A DNA stretch of 64,000 nucleotides from Candidatus Cloacimonadales bacterium (GTDB lineage Bacteria; Cloacimonadota; Cloacimonadia; Cloacimonadales; JAFGVF01), in the NCBI GenBank assembly GCA_963677495.2, contig CAXXOU010000001.1:800001-864000 (forward strand), written 5' to 3'. Below, one piece after another: positions 39,583 through 48,411 of the stretch (positions are counted from its first letter, which is position 1; each line of letters opens with the position of its first letter). The notes under the pieces were generated by a model. It did not search any database. It had not been told where the DNA came from and saw only the letters and a program-made list of their open reading frames with translations. The position numbers and the translations under genes are program-made.

Positions 39583-40707
39583 TCACTTTTTCATTGAGTA
39601 AATTACATTATAACCAAATTTCCTAATAACTTTAGCATTTCCGAAGTTTTCCATCATAATCGTCTTTAAGATGTCGATGTTCTTGGCAACAAACCAAGCT
39701 TCACCACCTTTCTTCAGGACTCTTAGACCTGTTTTAACGAATAGCTCAGCTATCTTATAGTTTGAGAAGTAGGGGGGATTAGCCACAACTACGTCATACT
39801 CATCTTTCTTCTCTCTAGCACCATCAGCAGCTAGAATAAACTCAACATTTTCCAGGTTATTGATATCACAGTTGTGTTTACATGAATCTATTGCTCTGGC
39901 ATTTGAGTCGCAGAACGTAATCTTTTCCAAAGGCTCTTTACATCCCAAAGCAATGCCAACACTACCGATTCCTGCACCCATATCGAAAAGGGTTTGTCCC
40001 GGTTTTACATCAACTGTCTTGATGAGTGCATAAGCACCATCATCTATTCTATGATGAGCAAAAACTCCGGCTCTTGAGCTGTAAGGTATCGCGATATCTT
40101 CCTCAACTTCACAATCAAAATAATCTCTATTAGTAAGTGGAATCTCTTTCATATCTGACTTACGTGAGATAAGACTGACACCATTTCGTTTATAATCATT
40201 GAAAGTCATACTACCAAAGTGCAGTTTGATATGATCCTCAAGCCATTTGAAGCGAGTCTCCATTCCAACAACAAGCTTGCCTTTCTTCTTTAGGTACATA
40301 TAGGCTTCATCAATCCACTCCATGAATAGCTCTTTCATAATGTTTGTTTTAGAGCATTGTAAAAACACTGCGTCAAACTTCTCTTTCGGAAAATCCGGAG
40401 TACACATCACCTTTATTTCTCTTATGCCATTAGATTTAAGATTGTTCCACATCTTCTCACTATAGTATTTATCAATACTATGGACATAGATTTCAGCGTC
40501 CGGGTACATCTCATGTGCAATCATAGCAGCTGCACCGGTTCTATTTTCTGCAAAAAGAAGTCTCTTAGGCTCTTTCAAGAAAACAAGCTGCTCAATCACA
40601 TGCTTCTCTGAAAGGTTTAAACCGGAACGAGATATTATCTCGAATCTATCATCAATAAACTTCTCAGTCCACTGTTCGCTACTGTCTGTAATGTATAATC
40701 GTTTCAT
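39583..40707 (-). CDS. RsmC/RlmG-like class I SAM methyltransferase
   Basis: GVFAHHRIDDGA, DMGAGIG, VANPPY. Confidence 0.82.
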   Translation of the reverse strand: MKRLYITDSSEQWTEKFIDDRFEIISRSGLNLSEKHVIEQLVFLKEPKRLLFAENRTGAAAMIAHEMYPDAEIYVHSIDKYYSEKMWNNLKSNGIREIKVMCTPDFPKEKFDAVFLQCSKTNIMKELFMEWIDEAYMYLKKKGKLVVGMETRFKWLEDHIKLHFGSMTFNDYKRNGVSLISRKSDMKEIPLTNRDYFDCEVEEDIAIPYSSRAGVFAHHRIDDGAYALIKTVDVKPGQTLFDMGAGIGSVGIALGCKEPLEKITFCDSNARAIDSCKHNCDINNLENVEFILAADGAREKKDEYDVVVANPPYFSNYKIAELFVKTGLRVLKKGGEAWFVAKNIDILKTIMMENFGNAKVIRKFGYNVIYSMKK

Positions 40708-40955
40708 TTATCCTCATTTATAATTGTTTTTTTTATAAGATACAATAAGCTCTACAAGTCAATATTTATTTGTCCGATATCGTGCTTGCTCTCAAAATGT
40801 GACTTCAGCATAATTCGTAAACAATGAATCCACATCAAATCTGTAACTCATCTATACCTAATCTGCCATAACGAGTTTCTAACGGGGAGCTAACGGGAAG
40901 CTAACAGGGAACATATGCGTAGTAAAAGAGTAAAATCAATATGTATTGTCTGTAT

Positions 40956-41097
40956 CACTGCTCTATCTTAATTGAGCATAAAAGCATATCCGATTTTTAT
41001 GAGTCTCTTGGGCAACCCCTGGGCCGGAAGACAAGAGAGTGATAAGAAAATGAGTAGGGAATACTCTCCGCTAATCAAGTATTATGATAGAGCAATG
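40956..41097. repeat. 142-bp inverted-repeat-bounded element, copy B
   Basis: cactgctctatcttaatt ... tattatgatagagcaatg; GAGTCTCTTGGGC at 41001 (offset 46); preceded by CTAAC units at 40879/40890/40901. Confidence 0.85.
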
Positions 41098-41168
41098 AAC
41101 CGGAAAACAACCTTGAGAACGGTGTACGATGTAAGAAGTAAGTTGCAAAGAAGGAAATCCCTTTATTA

Positions 41169-41446
41169 GTCACCCTGAGCGAAGCTGAATGAAGTAAAAC
41201 GAAATGAACGAAGTCGATGGGTCGCTCGGATTACTTTAGTGGATTAACGTTTGTAGTATTGACTTATCTTTAGGTTTATTTCCAGGGATAAGCTCTCCTT
41301 TAGTTGGGAGACTAAAGTTATCGGAAAGGTACTTCTACTCGGAAGTTGCTCACCTTCGGTAAGCGAGCTCCTCCTTCCAGTCGTCGGTTCATACTTCACT
41401 CGATCTGGATGACAAGCATGGGACTCGGTTTTGCGAATGCAAAACC
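41169..41446. repeat. Cluster of REP-like palindromes
   Basis: gtcaccctgagcgaag (41169) pairs imperfectly with cttcactcgatctggatgac (ends 41413); internal hairpins; ggttttgc/gcaaaacc at 41427-41446. Confidence 0.6.
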
Positions 41447-41532
41447 TTTAACATAGTCACCTTGAATGGAACAGGAAACGTATACCACTATGATTTCAAC
41501 TTATAACTCGCTATGAACTCAATTATATAAAA

Positions 41533-41558
41533 AAGACTGCCTGTTTCCAAGCAGTCTT
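41533..41558 (-). terminator. Intrinsic terminator
   Basis: aagactgc...gcagtctt stem preceded by an A-run, 23 nt after the stop at 41582. Confidence 0.7.
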
Positions 41559-41581
41559 AAATGTATGGTTAAAACCAAAAC

Positions 41582-42301
41582 CTATTCTTCGAACATATCA
41601 TCTTCTGATGGTGGAATGTACTCAAAGTGTTTGAGCATCTTCATTGTAGTAGTGTTTTCCATCTTCTGTCCACCAAACTCCATTACAGTTTCAGATACAG
41701 CTTTATTCGAGAAGAATAAACCTTTACTGTTTGTTTTGAAGTATGAAGTATTCTTCATAGCACTAATCATCTGGGGAAGAGGGAACATTGTGCTTTCTTC
41801 CATAACAGGTTGACCTGTTTTAGCATCAACAAATACTGTACCGATTATCTCAACTTCAGAACCATCTTGAGCTGTCTCTGTCTTTTTATAGGTGAATACA
41901 GCACAATCAGTACCTTCAATATCTTTATTCTTCTTCTTTCTCTTCAACTTGATTTCAGCAGGTTCAGCAAAGAAGATTCCATCTTTTTTGGGTGTGAAGT
42001 CTTGCATCAAGATTTGAGCAACAGCAGCATGATCAGCGGCTATCTCTTCATCACCCATAACGCCTTGAATGAATTCAGTTTCTAAACCCTCTTCAGTTTG
42101 TTTGATTGCCAGATGAATCTCAACTGTCATGCTCTGAGGACCGGTAACCTTAGATGTCATCTTGAATTTACCCGGAACCAGATTCCAATGTTTGTTTGAT
42201 ATATCCTGTGCTTTTGTCCATAATGGATCAACACCTTTTGCCATAAGGCTACTTGCTAAAACTAAAACTAACAGAGTAGCAAATAAAACTCTTTTATACA
42301 T
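41582..42301 (-). CDS. Secreted hypothetical protein
   Basis: Signal peptide MYKRVLFATLLVLVLASSLMA; GGAG RBS; last gene of the ABC/M1 operon. Confidence 0.75.
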   Translation of the reverse strand: MYKRVLFATLLVLVLASSLMAKGVDPLWTKAQDISNKHWNLVPGKFKMTSKVTGPQSMTVEIHLAIKQTEEGLETEFIQGVMGDEEIAADHAAVAQILMQDFTPKKDGIFFAEPAEIKLKRKKKNKDIEGTDCAVFTYKKTETAQDGSEVEIIGTVFVDAKTGQPVMEESTMFPLPQMISAMKNTSYFKTNSKGLFFSNKAVSETVMEFGGQKMENTTTMKMLKHFEYIPPSEDDMFEE

Positions 42302-42310
42302 AATTTCTCC

Positions 42311-45300
42311 TTAATTTGTCCTGCCCTGAACAGTTACAGCTTCTTCAGGTACTGAACCACTGACACTCACAATATTATCGTAGGGATTCTTGTCAATAAG
42401 CTTAAAGTAAGGGTCAACTCCAACTTTAATAGGTTCTTTATCTGTTTTTAAACTGAAATGACGTTTACCATCAGTTATCTTCACTTTCTCTTTATAGAGT
42501 GGATATTCCTTTTCTTTACCATTCACATACTTCTTCCCGAGTACAGCAACTTCAACCCAGTCATTCATAACTGTATCAGTTGTCTCACCTTTGCCATCAT
42601 CATACATCTTAGCAACTTCAACATCAAATTCAACCAGATGCTTATCACCTTTATCCTCAGGCTTTGTATATTCAAAGTTAGTTACTTTGTTATCATAAAG
42701 AGTAATTTTTCTATACCAGTCATCAACAAGATAATTAAGAGAATCAGGAGTTTCCTCTTCCAGAATTGAGAGGAATTCAAGTGAGTTAGTATATGGTCTT
42801 TCCTGGAACTTAACCGATTCAAGGTAGCGAGTAAGAGCTCTATTCATAGTTCTTCCACCAATCATATCTGCCATTGCATACATCACAATTGCACCTTTGT
42901 TATAATGGATATATTGCTGGTTCTCCACCAAGTAAAGAGGTTGTTCCTCTCTGCTTTCATAAGCTCTTCCCATAACATAAGAGTTAAGTTCACTCTTCAT
43001 GAACTTACCCACTATCTGAATACCGAACTTCTTCTCCATAACCTTTGCAGCTGAATACTGAGCAAACGCTTCACTAAGCATCACAGAACCCTGTACATCA
43101 GCACCTATTACCTGATGAGCCCACCATTGATGAGCTACTTCATGACAAGTCACAAAGTAAGGATAGTCAATATCACCTTTTTTATCATCTACATCAGCTA
43201 TAAAACCAATGGACTCAGAGAACGGGATAGTTGTAGGGAAAGATTGAGCATATGTAGCCCAACGTGGGAACTCAACAATTCTAAGTACTTTATTTTGGAA
43301 CGGTCCGAAACTGTTTGTATAATATGAAAGTGAGTTCTTCATTCCACTCATCATTCTGTCTACATTTACAGGATGCTCGTCATCATAGTAAACCTCAAGG
43401 TCAACTTTTTGACCTGTCTTTCGACTCTTCCAATGACCTTTCTTTACCTCTAACTCAGCAGATAAGAAAGCCACAAAGTTAAGGATAGGTTGGTCCATTC
43501 TGAAATGAACAAATTTCCTGCCATTCTCTTCCCATTCATCTATAACATAACCGGGAGATATTGGTGTTTGTGAAGCGATTGTGCTCATTACAACTTCGTA
43601 GTTTACCCAATCAGAGTCATTTGATATGTAGGTGTTCTTTCTGGCTTCTAAATCATCAACTTTAGCCATTCTCGCTTTAGGAGGAAGTCCCATCTTCTTA
43701 CGTTTATCAGGACTTGATATTTCCATATTCTCGCTATAAGCAAAGCCCGGAACAAACATCTTATTATTTAGGAAAGTACCGTTCTTAACAACAGAAGTTG
43801 AGTTGAAACCTTCAGGTTCTGTAACAAATTCAAAGTCACAGTTAAAAATCTCTCCCGGTTGTAGTGGCTCTGTGAAACGATATGTTCTGATACCAAACTT
43901 CTCATTCTCGACACTGATCTCTACATCTCTATCGAACTCAAGTTTGTTCATCGTCATATCCTGATTATAAGTAACATACATTGAATCAAGAGCTACTGTT
44001 TCTTTATTCTTTAAGGTTAGTTTACCACCAAGAACACCTCTCCCCTCTTCCGGATAGAGATCGACTTTTAAGCTTACATCTGTTATTCTTGGTCCCGGTA
44101 AACCATCATACTTTTTGAAATCCTTCTCTAACTGAGCTCTTATTTTAGTCCATGTCTTACTTAGATGAAACTCATTCACGATATTAGTCTGGTAGAATAC
44201 GATTCCCACCATTGAAAGGTAAACAGCTCCCAGTCCGATAAGTGTAGCTTTCACTCCGGTTGTCAATCTCTGTTGAGCCAACTGCTTTCTCTCTACGATA
44301 TTATTGTTTCTTCCACGAACCATCAACAGATAAGCCACTACAAGAAGAATAATATCCAGTGATGTCCAAAGCAGTGTATTCACAACATTGTAACCAATAT
44401 TACCACGCCATCCCGCCATGTCTGAATAACTAAGACCGATCCCGGATTGATAGTTAAACAATGGGTGTTCAAGCCCAATCATTGACACCATACCTCTTAA
44501 GATTACTACACCTAAGAATACAAAATGAGAAACATATTTGTTGTTTACTAATGTGTGGATTGTGAATGCAGTTAAAGTTAAACGGAAGATTGCTAACGTC
44601 CTCATAATGAACTCAACAAGATAAACATCAGGTTTAATGTTGGTAAACCCACTAAACAGCTGGAATAATATAGCAACTAAGAAAGCTCCAACTATGATTA
44701 TCATCTGCATTCCCATAAGTGCAAAGAACTTAGAAATAAGGAAAACCCAGCTCTTAGAAGGAGTTGAATCAAGCATCAAATCCATTCTATGAGTTCTGCT
44801 TTTCCAGAGAAGTTCTCCTGCGAAAAGGGTAACTAAAACAAGTACCAGAGTAGAGATACCACCATGCACACCTGTTACAACTTTATATGTAACCGGTAAT
44901 GTCTCTGTTTCATATATTTGACCTGATGATCTGATTGTGAAGTAAGTTAAGACCAATCCACAGACAACAAGAATCCAGAAATAGAACCTGGAGGTTATGT
45001 TCTTTATCTCCATACCTGTCAGGTAATATAGCTGCTTCCAACCCTGTCTGTCAGAGAAATCTTTCTTCACGTCAGCCGGATTGAAACTGATTGGCTTAAA
45101 CTTGGATTTAGAATTGCTTTTCTTCTCTTTCTTCTGCTTATTCTCAGGATATGCAAACACTGTTTTTATGTAAGATAACCAGAATAGCACAAGACCTACA
45201 CCGCTCCAGATTATACGATTTAGCATCATAATTGGTGTGAACGGTACAAGACTGTTGTTTCTCTCTGCAACACTCATTAAATCAGTCACAAAACTAGATG

Positions 45301-45964
45301 TATGCATTGCAAATGGATCCAGTATTGCTATAAGCTTCTTCATACTAACACGACCGGCAAATGTAGATAGAACAAGGTAAAATACTAGTAATAGTATTGC
45401 ACCAATATATACTGATGCCTGTTTCTTTGTTAATGAACCGATTGCATAGAATATACCGCATGTGAAAATCATATTTGGTAATACGATAGTTATGTAAGGC
45501 CAGAAGTAAGCAGCAACATTGATACTTCCAAAATAGCTTCTATCCAACCATGGTGAGATAGAGGATAGGAAGATACCCAATGCGATTGAGAACATTATCA
45601 TTGTAAGTACGATAGCGTTACCCAAGAATCTTCCTAGTAAGTAACTAACTTTGCTTATCGGTTTCGAGTAGATAAGCTGGAACATCGAATATTCATGGTC
45701 ACGACTCACTGCGTCACCCGAAAAGGCTGCACAGAAGAAGATAGCCAATAACTGGAAACCTAACACAGTTGAGTGAATAAAGAACGGGGAGTTAAGCATA
45801 ATTCTCTCACCGCTTCCTGCCATCATAACTCTCATCCCGGTAAATGCACCACCGGCTACCTGTAATGTGATATATGATAGAAGGAAGAACACACCCATAT
45901 AGATGTAGGTGGAGATTCTTGTTAACCTGTATTTAAGCTCAAATCTTAACATTTCAAGGAACAT
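42311..45964 (-). CDS. ABC-2 type permease (duplicated) fused to M1 zinc aminopeptidase domain
   Basis: ~550 aa of TM repeats, then YAQSFP, HEVAHQWW...LSEAFAQY, YNKG. Confidence 0.88.
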   Translation of the reverse strand: MFLEMLRFELKYRLTRISTYIYMGVFFLLSYITLQVAGGAFTGMRVMMAGSGERIMLNSPFFIHSTVLGFQLLAIFFCAAFSGDAVSRDHEYSMFQLIYSKPISKVSYLLGRFLGNAIVLTMIMFSIALGIFLSSISPWLDRSYFGSINVAAYFWPYITIVLPNMIFTCGIFYAIGSLTKKQASVYIGAILLLVFYLVLSTFAGRVSMKKLIAILDPFAMHTSSFVTDLMSVAERNNSLVPFTPIMMLNRIIWSGVGLVLFWLSYIKTVFAYPENKQKKEKKSNSKSKFKPISFNPADVKKDFSDRQGWKQLYYLTGMEIKNITSRFYFWILVVCGLVLTYFTIRSSGQIYETETLPVTYKVVTGVHGGISTLVLVLVTLFAGELLWKSRTHRMDLMLDSTPSKSWVFLISKFFALMGMQMIIIVGAFLVAILFQLFSGFTNIKPDVYLVEFIMRTLAIFRLTLTAFTIHTLVNNKYVSHFVFLGVVILRGMVSMIGLEHPLFNYQSGIGLSYSDMAGWRGNIGYNVVNTLLWTSLDIILLVVAYLLMVRGRNNNIVERKQLAQQRLTTGVKATLIGLGAVYLSMVGIVFYQTNIVNEFHLSKTWTKIRAQLEKDFKKYDGLPGPRITDVSLKVDLYPEEGRGVLGGKLTLKNKETVALDSMYVTYNQDMTMNKLEFDRDVEISVENEKFGIRTYRFTEPLQPGEIFNCDFEFVTEPEGFNSTSVVKNGTFLNNKMFVPGFAYSENMEISSPDKRKKMGLPPKARMAKVDDLEARKNTYISNDSDWVNYEVVMSTIASQTPISPGYVIDEWEENGRKFVHFRMDQPILNFVAFLSAELEVKKGHWKSRKTGQKVDLEVYYDDEHPVNVDRMMSGMKNSLSYYTNSFGPFQNKVLRIVEFPRWATYAQSFPTTIPFSESIGFIADVDDKKGDIDYPYFVTCHEVAHQWWAHQVIGADVQGSVMLSEAFAQYSAAKVMEKKFGIQIVGKFMKSELNSYVMGRAYESREEQPLYLVENQQYIHYNKGAIVMYAMADMIGGRTMNRALTRYLESVKFQERPYTNSLEFLSILEEETPDSLNYLVDDWYRKITLYDNKVTNFEYTKPEDKGDKHLVEFDVEVAKMYDDGKGETTDTVMNDWVEVAVLGKKYVNGKEKEYPLYKEKVKITDGKRHFSLKTDKEPIKVGVDPYFKLIDKNPYDNIVSVSGSVPEEAVTVQGRTN

Positions 45965-45974
45965 CTGTCCCTCC

Positions 45975-46856
45975 TTAAACTATTTCATCAGCCGGGATAG
46001 TGCTGAAATAGACATCTGAAAGGTCAGGATTCTTAAGTTCGAAACCTTCCCCCGGGTTCTCATCATTAAGGACTGTAATCTGCAACTTACCAACTTGGAG
46101 TTTAGAAGAGATTACTTTGAACTCTGATTGATATTGTCGCATCTCTGATTTATCTATGAGTTTGATCCATAGTCTGTTCTTCAGATCACCAATAGCCTGA
46201 ATTGGGTTTGAAGATAGAAGTACTTCTCCTTTATGAATAATGGCAAATTCAGAACATAACTCACTCACATCATCAACAATATGAGTGGAGAGAATAACTA
46301 TTCTGTTCTCACCCAGTTCGGAGAGTATATTGTAAAAATGATTACGTTCTTTAGGATCAAGACCTGCAGTTGGTTCATCAACAATAAGTAAATCCGGTTC
46401 ACCTAATAGTGCTTGAGCTATACCAAAACGCTGTTTCATACCACCTGAGTAACCTCCAAGATGCTTCTTCCTCACATCGAACAGGTTAACTTCATTCAAA
46501 TAGTGATTCACAATCTCTTTACGCTGTGAGTTGTTGGCAATCCCTTTCAAACGTGCAAAATGACTTAGCATATCATAAGCTGACACATTAGGATAGAAAT
46601 CAAAGTCCTGCGGTAAGAAACCAAGTCTTTTTCGAATACCCATCTTATCTTTTGTTATGTCTATACCGTCAAATATAACAGTCCCATTATCAGCTTCTTG
46701 AAGTGTAGATATTGTTCTCATCAATGTGGATTTACCGGCTCCATTCGGTCCTAATAAACCAAACATACCTTCACTAATAGTTAAATCAATCCCTTTTAAA
46801 GCCTGTACTCCATTAGAGTAAGTCTTCTGAAGACCAGAAATTATGAGTTCTTTCAT
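45975..46856 (-). CDS. ABC transporter ATP-binding protein
   Basis: GPNGAGKST, YSGGMKQR, VDEPTAGLDP, LSTH. Confidence 0.93.
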   Translation of the reverse strand: MKELIISGLQKTYSNGVQALKGIDLTISEGMFGLLGPNGAGKSTLMRTISTLQEADNGTVIFDGIDITKDKMGIRKRLGFLPQDFDFYPNVSAYDMLSHFARLKGIANNSQRKEIVNHYLNEVNLFDVRKKHLGGYSGGMKQRFGIAQALLGEPDLLIVDEPTAGLDPKERNHFYNILSELGENRIVILSTHIVDDVSELCSEFAIIHKGEVLLSSNPIQAIGDLKNRLWIKLIDKSEMRQYQSEFKVISSKLQVGKLQITVLNDENPGEGFELKNPDLSDVYFSTIPADEIV

Positions 46857-47123
46857 AATGATTCCTTCCCTTACATTTTTATAATCATATATATATCAAA
46901 TGATAAACTTCAGTTTAGTTACTGAGAATTTATAAAATTACACTTACAGTGTTATGGTCAAGGAGATTATTTATAACACTATGGAGTGCACCTACTTTGT
47001 AGGTGTATCTTGCCATGCGACTAGCACAACTACTCAATGCCATCTGGAGCTGTCACCTGTACGACTGATAAGGAGTTTGGGGAAATGCGTACTTCGACTC
47101 AAAGCGATGTCTTGTCTCAACAC

Positions 47124-47168
47124 CTGTACCTTTGGAATGGTTGAAAACCTTGCAAATGGTGCACTTCG
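47124..47168 (-). repeat. 45-bp imperfect-hairpin repeat, copy 1 of 5
   Basis: ctgtacctttggaatggttgaaaaccttgcaaatggtgcacttcg; identical at 47756-47800; reverse complement with 1 difference at 56399-56443 and 63809-63853; partial at 63983-64000. Confidence 0.9.
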
Positions 47169-47253
47169 AAGGGAAAGCACCTCACAATTGTAACGAAACC
47201 CGCTTCGAATGACGGAATTAGCGAATCACACTATCGTTGCAATTCACTTCTTC

Positions 47254-47334
47254 CTACTTCATCAAAAGCATTTTATTGCTTTTCTGTTCCTTATCAGTCT
47301 TCACAACTGAGAAATACACGCCTGTTGTCACAGT
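47254..47334 (-). pseudogene. Orphan 3' end (26 codons plus stop) of a FlgD/T9SS-tail secreted-protein gene
   Basis: Translates TVTTGVYFSVVKTDKEQKSNKMLLMK*, versus TVATGVYFSVVKTNKEQKSNKMLLMK* at 63643-63723; in-frame TGA two codons upstream. Confidence 0.85.
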
Positions 47335-47404
47335 AACTCAGGAGAGTCGCAGTACAACGTAGTGCCAGTGCCCTCAATTGCATAAAACTCCTTCAGCTTG
47401 TTTT

Positions 47405-47601
47405 AGCCTTGAAAAGGCGTCTGTTCAATAGCCACATGCTTTGGCATGTGGTAAACGTAATCTAAAAAGATGTAGCCCTAAAGGGGCGTAAGATTAACAT
47501 CTTTGGTGATCCGACGCCCCATCAGGGCTAATCTTGGCCGCGAACTATAACCCCAAGCGACAAGTCGCATGGGGCTATTGAACAATCGCTCTTTCAGAGC
47601 T
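47405..47601. repeat. REPIN/MITE-like nested palindrome
   Basis: Outer arms agccttgaaaaggcgtctgttcaatagcc / ggctattgaacaatcgctctttcagagct; inner arms tagccctaaaggggcgt / acgccccatcagggcta. Confidence 0.75.
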
Positions 47602-47651
47602 TAATTTTTCCATTATTATTCCTTATTTTCTCTATTACAATTCCTGCGGAA

Positions 47652-47931
47652 CACTTGGGGATATGCCCAAGAATTGGACATGTGATTCGCAAGCTATTCG
47701 GAAGAGATGAAAAACTATTGTAAGAGAGCAAAAAAATGAAAATACCATCTGCAATCTGTACCTTTGGAATGGTTGAAAACCTTGCAAATGGTGCACTTCG
47801 TAGGAAGAAACACCCCACCGTTAAAACGGCACCCCTTCAGTCTTCGCTTAAAGCTACGCCCTGACAGGCTACGAGAGGGGAATGTCCAAGAGCACCATTT
47901 CGAAGGTCTAAGGACATTCGAAAGGTAGAAT
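47652..47931 (-). repeat. ~250-280-bp composite repeat, inverted copy of 56299-56547
   Basis: Near-identical reverse complement apart from scattered substitutions and a 32-bp insertion at 47837-47868. Confidence 0.9.
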
Positions 47932-48028
47932 ATTGCCATATTTCGCTATGAGTCCAACTCCCATCCGGTCGCTATGAGCCCAGCTAACAATTTCCACTAA
48001 CATTTTCCCCAATTTTGCCCTGTTTCAT

Positions 48029-48180
48029 CCCTTCCGGTTCCGTGACTAAAATAGGTGTTTCAAAGGTTAGCCACAGGTGACCCTCTCGTGACCCTCTCGT
48101 GGAATGGCACGATTTATCCACATCATGTGGATAACTTAAATATTTATGGGAAACTTGTCTTAGTCACGGGACTGGAAGGG
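48029..48180 (+). repeat. Dispersed DnaA-box-pair element, copy 2
   Basis: Arms cccttccggttccgtgactaa / ttagtcacgggactggaaggg; TTATCCACA-tca-TGTGGATAA at 48114-48134. Confidence 0.85.
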
Positions 48181-48411
48181 ATGCCTAAAGCACAAATTGG
48201 AATTAATTACTTTAAACAAGCTAAATACAGTTGAAGACATTCTTTCTACAGGTCTATACTAATCATAAATGTTATAAATGCTATTCTTGTACTTTATGGA
48301 TAACTATATGATAACAAATTTTTTACTTGCTAATATTATTGCTTTTATCAAAATTATCGGTCAACAATTGTAATCACTAAGAAGATGTATATATATTGAA
48401 GGAGACTCTAT

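Noticed and set aside
40956..41097. Integron attC sites (142-bp and 45-bp repeats)
   Set aside because: No RYYYAAC...GTTRRRY ends, they do not follow each ORF in an array, and no intI is visible
47254..47334. DGR template/variable repeat pair with 63643-63723
   Set aside because: Mismatches are not adenine-specific (8 of 10 at third codon positions) and no reverse transcriptase is present
47715..47939. Short ORFs 47715-47939, 56266-56484, 56148-56417, 46954-47193, 47594-47818 and 40972-41169
   Set aside because: They lie within non-coding repeats; shared peptide text only reflects the DNA repeat, and there is no convincing RBS
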